A DNA stretch of 64,000 bases from Gaiellaceae bacterium (GTDB taxonomy: Bacteria > Actinomycetota > Thermoleophilia > Gaiellales > Gaiellaceae): assembly GCA_036260475.1 (NCBI GenBank), contig DATAMX010000060.1, positions 2,010-66,009 on the forward strand, given 5' to 3'. Below, in pieces: positions 18,060-26,877 of this stretch. The notes under the pieces were generated by a model. It ran no database searches. It saw only the letters and a program-made list of their open reading frames with translations, and had not been told where the DNA came from. Numbering within the stretch: position 1 is the first letter of the stretch; the number at the start of each line of letters is the position of its first letter. The translations under genes were made by a program, and so were the position numbers.

Positions 18060-18205
18060 CGACCGTGGACCTGATCCTCGCTCGAGGGTCAGGAGGCACG
18101 ACGAGTGGCCGTTCGAGCCGCACCGTCCACTACGTCAGCCACGAGTTCTAACCGCGAGCTCCCCGACGCACATTCGAGCTGACTCGCAGACCAAGAAGGA
18201 TCAGG

Positions 18206-18862
18206 CTACGGTCGTGTCGGCTGCACGAGGCCGGATTCGTACGTGAGCACGACGGCTTGCACGCGATCGCGAAGCTGGAGCTTGGAGAAGACTCGGTTGA
18301 CGTGGGTCTTGACAGTGGCCTCCGAGATGACGAAATGGTCGGCGATCTCACTGTTCGACAGTCCGCGGCCGATCAGCTCGAGCACTTGGCGTTCGCGGTC
18401 GGTCAGGTGTTCGAGCCCGTAACCGGTCGCCGGCGGTCGTGAGGCCGAGAGGAAGGTTTCGATGAGTCGCCGAGTGACCGTCGGGGCAAGAAGCTCCTCG
18501 CCGGCGGCGATCGTGCGGACTGCGTCGGCGAGCCGCGTCGGCGGGACGGTCTTGAGCAGGAAGCCGCTCGCGCCGGCGCGGAATGCTTCGTACACGATCT
18601 CGTCTTCGTCGAAGGTAGTGAGAACGAGGACGCGAGTGTCGGGGAGCTTCGCGAGGATTCGTCGCGTTGCTGCGACCCCATCGAGTCGCGGCATCCTGAC
18701 GTCCATCAGCACGACGTCGGGCCGGTGTGCCTCGACCTGCTCGACCGCGTCAACTCCGTCCTGCGCCTCGGCGACGACCTCGATGTCCGGCTGGGTTTCG
18801 AGAATCATCTTGAAGCCGCCGCGCACGAGCGCTTGGTCGTCGGCGACGACGACGGTGATCAC
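18206..18862 (-). CDS. NarL/LuxR-family response regulator
   Basis: Receiver domain (MITVVVADDQALVR...VVLMDVRMP) plus a LuxR HTH (LTDRERQVLELIGRGLSNSEIADHFVISEATVKTHV). ATGA overlap with the kinase gene. Confidence 0.92.
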   Translation of the reverse strand: MITVVVADDQALVRGGFKMILETQPDIEVVAEAQDGVDAVEQVEAHRPDVVLMDVRMPRLDGVAATRRILAKLPDTRVLVLTTFDEDEIVYEAFRAGASGFLLKTVPPTRLADAVRTIAAGEELLAPTVTRRLIETFLSASRPPATGYGLEHLTDRERQVLELIGRGLSNSEIADHFVISEATVKTHVNRVFSKLQLRDRVQAVVLTYESGLVQPTRP

Positions 18863-19971
18863 GCTTGCCTTTCGAGCGGGAGCCGGGCACGAACGGTAAA
18901 GCCTCCCTCGGGGCGCGCTCCGGCTTGAAAGGTGCCGCCGAAGACGGCGATCCGCTCGCCCAGTCCGGCGAGGCCATGGCCGCCCGACGGCGCGGCGCCG
19001 GGTGCACCGGTGCCGCAGTCGCTGACCTCGATCTCGAGTACCTCGTCGGTGTAGCGAAGCAAGACGGCAGCGTTCGATCCAGGAGCGTGTTTGAGCGCGT
19101 TCGTCAGCGCCTCCTGCACGACCCGGTAGCCGGACAGGTCGGCGCCGAGCGAGAGCGGCCGCGGATTGCCGTCGACGACGTAATCGATCGCGAGCCCGGC
19201 CCGGCGAACATTCTCGATCAGCTCATCGACGTCCTCGAGCCCCGGCTGGGGATCGAGACCGAGCTCGTCACCATCCTCGCGCAGCATCCCAACGAGGCGC
19301 GTCATCTCTACCAGGGCTCGGCGCCCCGTCTGCTGGATCGCGAGCAGCGGCTCCTCGACACGGCTCGGATCGAACGTCAGCATCTGCTCTGCGGCGCCGG
19401 CCTGGACCACCATCACCGACACCGAATGCGCGATCACGTCGTGCAGCTCGCGCGCGATCCGCGCTCGTTCGGCCGTAACCGCCAGCGCTCGCTCGCGTTC
19501 GGCCCGGCGGGTCTCGCCCACCTGCCCCCGCATCGCTCGTCCCACCAACCAAGGCGCGACGGTCAGGACGGTGATGAAGACAACGTCGCCGTTGCTGCGT
19601 TTCCCCTTCGCGACCTCGTCGGCCAACGTGCCCCACATCGCGAGCAGCGGCAGCGCCAGCCCGACCAGCGCGCGCCGCAGCGGTGCGTGCGCGGCGACGC
19701 CGTAGAGACCCAGCATCGTCAGCAGCAGCGGGAACACCGGCTCGCTCAGCGGAACGCCGGCGAGCACCTGGACAGGCAGGAGCCCGATCATCACCACCAC
19801 GGCGCCGAGCGGAGCAGAGCGGCGCCAGAGGAGGGACAGCGCTTGCGCCAGCGTCAACGGCGCGCTCACCCACAGCGGGTGCAAGCCTTCGAGCCAGACC
19901 TCGAGCTGCGTGAAGACGACGACGCCTGCTGCCAACAGCACGTCGGACCGGTGCGGGCGCAGCCGCAGCAT
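18859..19971 (-). CDS. Sensor histidine kinase (HisKA_3/NarX-DesK type)
   Basis: Multiple N-terminal TM segments, the H-box ERARIARELHDVIAHSVSVMVVQ and a C-terminal HATPase domain. Confidence 0.88.
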   Translation of the reverse strand: MLRLRPHRSDVLLAAGVVVFTQLEVWLEGLHPLWVSAPLTLAQALSLLWRRSAPLGAVVVMIGLLPVQVLAGVPLSEPVFPLLLTMLGLYGVAAHAPLRRALVGLALPLLAMWGTLADEVAKGKRSNGDVVFITVLTVAPWLVGRAMRGQVGETRRAERERALAVTAERARIARELHDVIAHSVSVMVVQAGAAEQMLTFDPSRVEEPLLAIQQTGRRALVEMTRLVGMLREDGDELGLDPQPGLEDVDELIENVRRAGLAIDYVVDGNPRPLSLGADLSGYRVVQEALTNALKHAPGSNAAVLLRYTDEVLEIEVSDCGTGAPGAAPSGGHGLAGLGERIAVFGGTFQAGARPEGGFTVRARLPLERQA

Positions 19972-20110
19972 CGAGGCTCGACGTTACACAGCCGTCGCGA
20001 CTACGTCGTCAACCCACGGGTTGACGACGACTCCACCCCGGCGCCGACGACGGGACTCCACGACGTCTCTAGGGTCGCAAACGACGGTACGCAACGACAC
20101 GGAGGGTTCC

Positions 20111-20329
20111 ATGCCCAGGACCAAGCGCATCCTCGTCGGGCTGTTCGCGCTCGACATCTGCCTGTTCGCACTCAGCGGCATCCCCGCGTTCAGAAACGCC
20201 AAGCACGGCATCAAGGACGCCATCGGCGGGATCGGCTGGTTCGGCTTCCTGCTCACGACACTCGTCCTGGTCGTCTTCTCCGCCGTCCTGCTCGTCCGTC
20301 GCGGGATCGCGGGCAGGACCGCGGCATGA
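20111..20329 (+). CDS. Small two-TM membrane protein (hypothetical)
   Basis: GGAGGG RBS before the ATG of MPRTKRIL, and two hydrophobic helices. Its stop overlaps the next start (ATGA). Confidence 0.6.
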   Translation: MPRTKRILVGLFALDICLFALSGIPAFRNAKHGIKDAIGGIGWFGFLLTTLVLVVFSAVLLVRRGIAGRTAA

Positions 20330-20787
20330 ACCGCCGCCTGGTCCCGATCGCAGCGGCAATCGCCGTCGCCGGCGCGCTCGCGGGGACTGCCGCTGCGCGA
20401 CTCACCAAGGTCGAGTACCTCGCGAAGCTCCACACGGCCGACGCCGCCTCATCCAGGGCCGACAACGCCGCGCTCGCCGCGCTCCGATCGAAGGGAACGA
20501 CCGCCGCCGAGCTGAAGGCTGCCTTCCACGCGATGGGCAGGACGCACGTCCGCATCGGCAAGGAGTTCGCCGCGATCGATCCGCCACGCGCCGCCACCAG
20601 CGCAAATCGCGACTTCGCCGCGGCCGAGATCCTCCTCGGTCGACAGAACGAAACGATCGCACGCCGTCTACCCACCACAAAGCCCGCGATCCTCACATAC
20701 CTACGATCGCTCAAGCCGCCGAGCGGCGGCAAGAAGCTCGACCACGCAATCGCAGAACTGCACGCCGCCGGCTTCACCATCCACTGA
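20326..20787 (+). CDS. Secreted alpha-helical hypothetical protein
   Basis: Signal peptide MNRRLVPIAAAIAVAGALAGTAAA. High GC3. Translationally coupled to the preceding small membrane protein. Confidence 0.65.
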   Translation: MNRRLVPIAAAIAVAGALAGTAAARLTKVEYLAKLHTADAASSRADNAALAALRSKGTTAAELKAAFHAMGRTHVRIGKEFAAIDPPRAATSANRDFAAAEILLGRQNETIARRLPTTKPAILTYLRSLKPPSGGKKLDHAIAELHAAGFTIH

Positions 20788-20877
20788 CATGTCGGATCAA
20801 GAGCTCTCTCGCCGCCTGACCCGCGGCGGACGAATCGAGAGGCGGCACGCTCATCTCATGCCGGCCGCGTGCTCTCC

Positions 20878-21234
20878 TCAACTCGCCATGATGCTCAGCG
20901 CCGCGGTCGCAGCGGCGAGCCCGAGGAGTGTGGCGTCGCCGAGCAGGAACCCCGGAGAGTCGTGAGCCCTCAGCCGGAATGCGAGCGCACCCGCCATCAG
21001 AACGACCAGACCGATCGCCGCGGCGACGGCAAACGGCGGACTCGCGTACCCGATGACGAGCCCGGCGCTCGCTGCCGCCTCGGGTGCAGCGATCCATCGA
21101 TAGCGACGCCAGGGGATCCGCAGCTTCTCGGCGGTCTGTACCTGCTGCCTCTGGCGCAGGAGCTTGCCGATCGACGCGCTGCCGAAGACGAACGCCAACA
21201 GGCCGGAAAGTAGCTCTACCGCAAGCATTGTCAA
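20878..21234 (-). CDS. DoxX-like family membrane protein
   Basis: 118 aa with four hydrophobic segments and DoxX_2-like layout. Divergent from a MarR gene. Confidence 0.75.
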   Translation of the reverse strand: MTMLAVELLSGLLAFVFGSASIGKLLRQRQQVQTAEKLRIPWRRYRWIAAPEAAASAGLVIGYASPPFAVAAAIGLVVLMAGALAFRLRAHDSPGFLLGDATLLGLAAATAALSIMAS

Positions 21235-21296
21235 CTCCTTTCGCTACGCTGTCTAAGTCTCTTTGTCCGTAAACTATCTTATATGAGAGAGATACT
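21235..21296. promoter_or_regulatory. AT-rich divergent promoter/operator region between the DoxX-like and MarR genes
   Basis: The local GC drop is unusual for this window (…GTAAACTATCTTATATGAGAGAGATACTT…). It contains a short inverted repeat TATCT-N10-AGATA. MarR regulators typically bind such intergenic palindromes. Confidence 0.4.
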
Positions 21297-21752
21297 TTGA
21301 CAGCAGAGCGAACAAACCGGCGCCGGGACGAAGCTGTTCGCGACCTCAAGCTGAACCTGCGCCACTTCGTCGTGGAGCTACTCGTCTCGAACTTCGAGGC
21401 AATAGCCGACGTGGGGCTGAACCCAACGGACATCGGGTCCCTCTGCCTCCTGTTGCTCCACGGGCCCGCCCCGGCCGGACGGCTCGCCGAGCTCACCGGC
21501 CTGACCACCGGCGCGGTCACCGGCGTGATCGACCGGCTCGAGGAAGGCGGATTCGTCCATCGCGAAGTCGACCCCGCCGACCGACGAAAAGTGATCGTCG
21601 TCCCGGACCCGAAGCGCGTCGACCGCGACTTGTTCCCCCACTTCCCGAGCCTGCAGCGGGCGAGGCTCCCGGCGTTCTACGACGACTTCAGCGACGCAGA
21701 GCTCGAGCGAATCGCCGAATTCCTCGCGCGGTTGACTGCACCGGATGCGTAG
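21297..21752 (+). CDS. MarR-family transcriptional regulator
   Basis: Winged-HTH core LLLLHGPAPAGRLAELTGLTTGAVTGVIDRLEEGGFVHREVDPADRRKVIV. TTG start as given by the track. Confidence 0.85.
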   Translation: MTAERTNRRRDEAVRDLKLNLRHFVVELLVSNFEAIADVGLNPTDIGSLCLLLLHGPAPAGRLAELTGLTTGAVTGVIDRLEEGGFVHREVDPADRRKVIVVPDPKRVDRDLFPHFPSLQRARLPAFYDDFSDAELERIAEFLARLTAPDA

Positions 21753-21837
21753 GTGCGCGTGCTCAAGACTGCCGGAAGATGCCGGCCGATGCGCTGAACC
21801 ATCCGACGATCAGCCTCTCCGCCCTCATCGGCCCGCC

Positions 21838-22332
21838 TCAGGCGGCGACACCGTGTGCGGCCGGGTGCGTGTACGCCTCCACCCAGTCGCCGCTGATCTG
21901 CTGCGTCGTCACGAGGATGCGGTTCCACGCGTTGATCTCGGCGATCGAGATGACGAGCGCTGCAAGCTGACGCTCGTCGTAGTGACGCGTCGCTTCCTCC
22001 CACACGTCGTCGGGGACGGCGCCGGGGCGATCTGCGAGGCGCGTTGCGGCCTCCGTAAGCGCCAGCGCTGCGCGCTCGGGCTCCGTGAAGTACGGCGCCT
22101 CGCGCCAAGCGGCTACAGCGGCGATGCGCTCGACGGGCTCGCCGGAGTGTCCGAGCTCGCGTGCGTGAATGTCGACACAGACGCTGCAACCGTTGATCTG
22201 GCTTGCGCGCAGCCAAACGAGGAAGTGTGTCGGCATCGGGATGTCGCTGTCCGCCGCAGCCTCGGCAAGCCGGCGCATCGCGTCCAGTGCCGCCGGGATC
22301 ACCATCACCGGGTTCTTCATCCGTCCTTCCAT
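21838..22332 (-). CDS. Carboxymuconolactone decarboxylase family (AhpD-like) protein
   Basis: GAGAGGAGGAG RBS before MEGRMKNPV. AhpD-like CxxC motif (INGCSVCVDIH). Confidence 0.85.
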   Translation of the reverse strand: MEGRMKNPVMVIPAALDAMRRLAEAAADSDIPMPTHFLVWLRASQINGCSVCVDIHARELGHSGEPVERIAAVAAWREAPYFTEPERAALALTEAATRLADRPGAVPDDVWEEATRHYDERQLAALVISIAEINAWNRILVTTQQISGDWVEAYTHPAAHGVAA

Positions 22333-22454
22333 CGATGCTCCTCCTCTCTCCGACGCGCCGCGTTGCATCGGTTCGTGGGGTCCCCTACGCGGCTCACCTC
22401 CAAGACACGCGCCCGCGTCAGGATGTGACAGCGAGCGGCTGCTCGTCCTCGGCG

Positions 22455-23339
22455 TCAAGGCGCATCGCTCAGCATCGTGAGGTCGAGCTGAGCGATTCGC
22501 TCGGGGTCGACGAGGAAGTCGAGCTCGACCATCCGGCCGTTCCGGATCGTCCCGGTGCCGATCGAAAAAGGCCGACCGCGGAGGAATGAGACGATCCCGG
22601 CTGCGCCGTTGACGAGCACCCGGTGCATGGTGAGATCGACGCGCGCCCACAGCTGTGCCTGGGCGGCGACGGCCTCCGCACCCTGAACGCGCTTGGTGAG
22701 GCCGGTGCGCCCACCGTCCACCCTGAGGACGATCTCAGGATCGAGGACTGCGAGAAGCGCGTCGAAGTCGCCCTTCCGCGCAGCCGCGAGGAACGCCTCG
22801 ACAACTTCCCATTGGGCGTCCAGGTCGGCGTCGGGTTCGGCGGCGGCGCCACGAACGCGACGGCGGGCGCGGCTCGCGAGCTGGCGCGTTGCCTCGGGCG
22901 AGCGCTCGACGATCGGCGCGATCTCTTCGAACGGCAGCGCGAACATGTCGTGCAGCACGAATGCGAGCCGCTCGGCGGGAGTCAGGGTCTCGAGGACGAC
23001 CAGGAGCGCGAGCCCGACAGAGTCTGCGAGCAGCGCCTCGTGCTCTGGATCGGTACCGTCGGCGGGGTCGAGGATCGGGTCCGGCAGGTGCACGTCGAGC
23101 GGTTGCTCGCGCCGGGTTCTGCGCGCGCGGAGCATGTTCAGCGCCACGCGCGCGACGATGGTCGTCAGCCAGGCGCGCATGTTCTCGACCTCGCTCGTAT
23201 CGGCGCGGCTCAGCCGCAGCCAGGCGTCCTGGACCGCGTCGTCGGCTTCGCTGAGCGAGCCGAGCATCCGGTACGCCACCGCGCGGAGGTGCGGGCGCTG
23301 CTCCTCGAATTGATCCGCGAGCCACTGCTGTTGGTTCAT
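22455..23339 (-). CDS. ECF41-type (SigJ-like) sigma factor with a C-terminal SnoaL-like domain
   Basis: MNQQQWLADQFEEQRPHLRAVAYRMLGS..DAVQDAWLRL (sigma-2) and LTPAERLAFVLHDMFALPFEEIAPIVERSPEATRQLASRARRRV (sigma-4), plus an about 110-aa extension. No adjacent anti-sigma gene. Flanked by CMD and epimerase genes. Confidence 0.88.
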   Translation of the reverse strand: MNQQQWLADQFEEQRPHLRAVAYRMLGSLSEADDAVQDAWLRLSRADTSEVENMRAWLTTIVARVALNMLRARRTRREQPLDVHLPDPILDPADGTDPEHEALLADSVGLALLVVLETLTPAERLAFVLHDMFALPFEEIAPIVERSPEATRQLASRARRRVRGAAAEPDADLDAQWEVVEAFLAAARKGDFDALLAVLDPEIVLRVDGGRTGLTKRVQGAEAVAAQAQLWARVDLTMHRVLVNGAAGIVSFLRGRPFSIGTGTIRNGRMVELDFLVDPERIAQLDLTMLSDAP

Positions 23340-23420
23340 GTCACGTTCCTCTTCCCCGTCGGGTCTATCGGGTAGACCCGCATGGGGCGCGGGATGTGAC
23401 CACGAGCGAGAGGAGACACA

Positions 23421-24413
23421 ATGCGTGTTTTCGTCGCCGGGGCGAGCGGCGCAATCGGCAGCAGGCTCGTTCCACAGCTGATCGACGCAGGCCATGAAGT
23501 CGTCGGCACCCACAACTCGCCGGAGAGAGCGGAGCTTCTTCGGAAGCTCGGGGCGACGCCGGTCGGGCTCGACCTCCTCGACACGGGAGCGGTCCGAAGA
23601 GCCGTGCTCGAGCACGAGCCGGAGGCGATCGTGCACGAGGCGACCGCATTCGCGGATGTGAAGTTCGGTCGCAACATGGACAAGGTGACCGCCTTGAGCA
23701 GCGCTCTGCGCACGAAGGGCACGGACGCGCTGCTGGCGGCCGCGCGTGAGGCCGGCGTGCAGCGATTCGTCGCGCAGAGCGGTGCGGCCTTCTCGCGGTA
23801 CGCCCGGCAAGGCGGGCCCGTCAAGACCGAGGACGATCCGCTCGACGCGACGCCGCCGAAGCACTTCGAGCGCGCCGCTGCCGCACTGGGCCATCTCGAA
23901 CAGGCGGTTATCGATTTCGGCGGGATCGCGCTGCGCTACGGCGTCTTCTACGGCGCGAACAACGACGGCACGATCGAGCCGGTGCGCAAGCGCCAGTTTC
24001 CGATCGTCGGCGACGGCGGCGGCATCTGGTCCTGGATCCACCTCGACGACGCCGCCTCCGCGACGGTGCTCGCGCTCCAACACGACGGCCCGGCGATCTA
24101 CAACATCGTGGACGACGAGCCTGCCCCGGTGCGCGACTGGCTGCCGGTGCTCGCCCATGCCCTCCGCGCGAAGCCACCGCGGCACTTCCCGACCTGGCTC
24201 GCGCGCCTGCTCGCGGGCGACGCCGTGACCGTCATGGCCACCGAGGCACGCGGCGCGTCGAACGCCAAGGCCAAGCGCGAGCTCGGCTGGACGCCGCGTT
24301 ACCCAAGCTGGCGCACGGGATTCGAGGCGGTGTATTCGCGGTTGGCCGTCGCCGACAGCACGACGCCTCGCGTGACCGCACAGGCAGGCCACTCGTCCAG
24401 TCAGCGGACGTGA
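23421..24413 (+). CDS. NAD-dependent epimerase/dehydratase (extended SDR)
   Basis: Rossmann motif MRVFVAGASGAIGSRL. 330 aa with high GC3. Confidence 0.88.
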   Translation: MRVFVAGASGAIGSRLVPQLIDAGHEVVGTHNSPERAELLRKLGATPVGLDLLDTGAVRRAVLEHEPEAIVHEATAFADVKFGRNMDKVTALSSALRTKGTDALLAAAREAGVQRFVAQSGAAFSRYARQGGPVKTEDDPLDATPPKHFERAAAALGHLEQAVIDFGGIALRYGVFYGANNDGTIEPVRKRQFPIVGDGGGIWSWIHLDDAASATVLALQHDGPAIYNIVDDEPAPVRDWLPVLAHALRAKPPRHFPTWLARLLAGDAVTVMATEARGASNAKAKRELGWTPRYPSWRTGFEAVYSRLAVADSTTPRVTAQAGHSSSQRT

Positions 24414-24479
24414 GGCCGGCCCTCGGCCGGCGGCATCGTGAGCTCGAGCCGTCGGAAGCAGGGGCGAAGTCGCAGCGGC

Positions 24480-24902
24480 TCATGCCTCCGGCGCTTCGCG
24501 CATCGTGACCTTGACGTCGACGATGGGGGTACAGTCGATCGCCTCGAGCGCGTCCACGCGGAGGGTGGTCGGGCCTTCGAGCGCGGTCACCGTGACTCGA
24601 TGGACACCGATCGGGTTGGGGCGGTCGGGAGAGCGGGTTCTGAACACGCCGGTGAGCGGGATGTTCGTGTCACCGGTCGGATGCGTCCGCAGGACGTCGC
24701 GGTCGGCGAGGTGGAGCCACGTCAGCACGATCAGCTCGTCGCCGGCGCGGATCCGATGCAGCGCGTCGGCGAAGGCGGGCGCGATCTCGAGCACGGCTTC
24801 GGGTGCGCCCTCGAAGGCCTGGTTCGGGGCCTCCGCAGGCGCGCTCAGCCTCGAGCGAACGACGCCGACCGGGCGCAACGTGTACGGCTCGCTTCCGTGC
24901 AT
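24480..24902 (-). CDS. TsaA/TrmO-like SAM-dependent tRNA methyltransferase (UPF0066)
   Basis: Characteristic RPVGVV.S......AP.Q and RSPDRPNPIG motifs. 140 aa. Confidence 0.8.
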   Translation of the reverse strand: MHGSEPYTLRPVGVVRSRLSAPAEAPNQAFEGAPEAVLEIAPAFADALHRIRAGDELIVLTWLHLADRDVLRTHPTGDTNIPLTGVFRTRSPDRPNPIGVHRVTVTALEGPTTLRVDALEAIDCTPIVDVKVTMREAPEA

Positions 24903-24937
24903 TCAGGCGTGGGTCCCGCACGAGCACGGCGCTGGCG

Positions 24938-25576
24938 TCAGCCGGCGAGGCCCTGCCTGTACGCGTAGGCGACGGCCTGCGCGCGGTCGCGCACGCCCGT
25001 CTTCGTGAAGAGATGGTTGATGTGGCTCTTGACGGTCGCCTCGCTCACGACCAGCCGCACCGCGATCTCCGCGTTCGAGAGCCCCTCCGCGATGAGACGG
25101 AGCACCTCCGCTTCGCGCGGCGTGAGCCCGTGGGGCAGTTCGGGCGTGCCGGCAACCGCTTCCACGAGATGGTGCTGCACCGCGGGATCGATCGCGGCCT
25201 CTCCGCGAACAACCGCTTCGATGGCCCGCTCGATCTCCTCGGCGCCAGCATCCTTTGTCAGGAAGCCACGGGCGCCTGCCCGCAGCGCCTCGAGCACGGA
25301 GCGGTCGTCCGCGTACGTGGTGAGGACGATGACCTTCGTCTCCGCTCCCTCGTCGCGCAGGCGGCGCGTCGCCTCCACCCCGTCGCAGCGAGGCATCCGC
25401 AAGTCGAGCAGGATGACGTCGGGACGGAGGCGCTGCACGAGCGTGATCGCCTCCTCGCCGTCTGCGGCGGTGCCGAGCACCTCGATGCCGGGCAGGAGCC
25501 CGAGCAGCGTCGCGAGGCCTTCGCGAACGACCCGCTGGTCGTCGGCCAGCACGACGGAGGTCACGCGGGCACCCAC
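24938..25576 (-). CDS. NarL/LuxR-family response regulator
   Basis: Receiver domain (VVLADDQRVVREG...VILLDLRMP) plus a LuxR HTH (LTPREAEVLRLIAEGLSNAEIAVRLVVSEATVKSHI). An alternative GTG start at 25564 overlaps the kinase stop (GTGA). Confidence 0.9.
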   Translation of the reverse strand: MGARVTSVVLADDQRVVREGLATLLGLLPGIEVLGTAADGEEAITLVQRLRPDVILLDLRMPRCDGVEATRRLRDEGAETKVIVLTTYADDRSVLEALRAGARGFLTKDAGAEEIERAIEAVVRGEAAIDPAVQHHLVEAVAGTPELPHGLTPREAEVLRLIAEGLSNAEIAVRLVVSEATVKSHINHLFTKTGVRDRAQAVAYAYRQGLAG

Positions 25577-26676
25577 AGCTCGACCCGAAAGCCTTCCGCC
25601 GTCGAGCTCGTCGTCAGGGCTCCACCGAGCAGCTCTGCGCGCTCGCGCATTCCGGTGAGGCCGTAGCCGGGACTCGAGTCAGCCGCCTCGACGGCAACGC
25701 CGAAATCCTCCACGCAGAGCCTGGCACCTGTCGGCTCGTACGTGAGTCGCAACTCCACCCGCGCTGCGCGTGCATGCTTGCGCACGTTCGTCAGCGCTTC
25801 TTGCGCCGTGCGGAAGAGCGTCAAGCGCGCGTCCGGATCGAACAGCTGCGCATCTCCGTCGACCGTGATGGTCGTGGGAATGCCCGTGTCGCGCTCGAAA
25901 TCGGAGACGAGGCTCGGCAAACGCTCGGGCCCGGGCAGTTCGTCGTCTCGGAGCATCCCGATCGCGCGCCGCGCCTCCTCGATGCCGCTGCGCGCGAGGC
26001 GATGCGCGCGCTCGAGCGACTCAACGAGTCCCGGATCATCATGCCGGGCGGCTCGGAGACGCGCTCCTTCGAGCTGCAGCGCAAGGCCGGACAGCGAGTG
26101 CGCGAGCACATCGTGCATCTCGCGCGCGAGCCGCTGCCGTTCTGCGAGCACGGCTGCGCGCGCCTGCGCATCGCGCGACTGCTCGAGCTCGAGCAGAAGC
26201 CGCTCCGCTTCTTCCTGCCCTTCGGCGAGGCGGCTTGCGAGCTGCGCGACCACGTAGAACGCAATCGCTCCGAGCTCTCGCAGGATCCCGTCGAGGATGC
26301 TCTTCTCCTTGCCGACGAGCTCGGCGATCGCGAGCGTCACGAGCGCGAGCATCACGACGGCCTTGCTCTGGCGGCCGGAGAGGCTGAACGCCGCGGCCGC
26401 GACGGCGACGAATGCGCCGAGGAATGCGGCCCCGCTCGGCTGCACCGCGACGAGCGCCGACGAGCTGATCACGAGCGCGCCGAAGAACGGCAGCTGGACG
26501 ACGGGCGCAGCCGACTGCGTCACCATCACGCCCCCGACGCCGAGCGCAAAGACGACGAGTCCGACGAGAACCGCGAGATGCTCGCCGGCAAAGCCGGCAC
26601 GTGGATGTGCCGTCGCACCGGTGACGACGACCACCAGGGTCACCGCGACCGGGAGCGGCCGGAAGAGCCGGGTCAT
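25561..26676 (-). CDS. Sensor histidine kinase (HisKA_3 type)
   Basis: The start is taken at MTRLFRPLP. Several TM segments, the H-box ERQRLAREMHDVLAHSLSGLALQ and a C-terminal HATPase domain. Confidence 0.85.
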   Translation of the reverse strand: MTRLFRPLPVAVTLVVVVTGATAHPRAGFAGEHLAVLVGLVVFALGVGGVMVTQSAAPVVQLPFFGALVISSSALVAVQPSGAAFLGAFVAVAAAAFSLSGRQSKAVVMLALVTLAIAELVGKEKSILDGILRELGAIAFYVVAQLASRLAEGQEEAERLLLELEQSRDAQARAAVLAERQRLAREMHDVLAHSLSGLALQLEGARLRAARHDDPGLVESLERAHRLARSGIEEARRAIGMLRDDELPGPERLPSLVSDFERDTGIPTTITVDGDAQLFDPDARLTLFRTAQEALTNVRKHARAARVELRLTYEPTGARLCVEDFGVAVEAADSSPGYGLTGMRERAELLGGALTTSSTAEGFRVELWVPA

Positions 26677-26877
26677 CGCCTGCTGGCGGCGGGTCACGAC
26701 GAAAGCGTAGGCGTGGCGCGAGGCCGCGTCATCGCCGCGCGAGTGGAGCCGAAGATCCACCCGTGGGTGGAGGCGACTTCAACGCTGCGCCCGATGACGC
26801 GCCGCAGACGCGTCCCTACCGTCGACGGCATGACAAACACCACATACAACGACACCAACACTGCGGCGGCGTAGGTC

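Noticed and set aside
24415-24431. Hairpin GCCGGCC-CTC-GGCCGGC after the epimerase gene, considered as a terminator.
   Set aside because: It has only a 7-bp stem with a 3-nt loop and no T-tract. In this GC background such palindromes occur by chance, so it was not listed as a feature.
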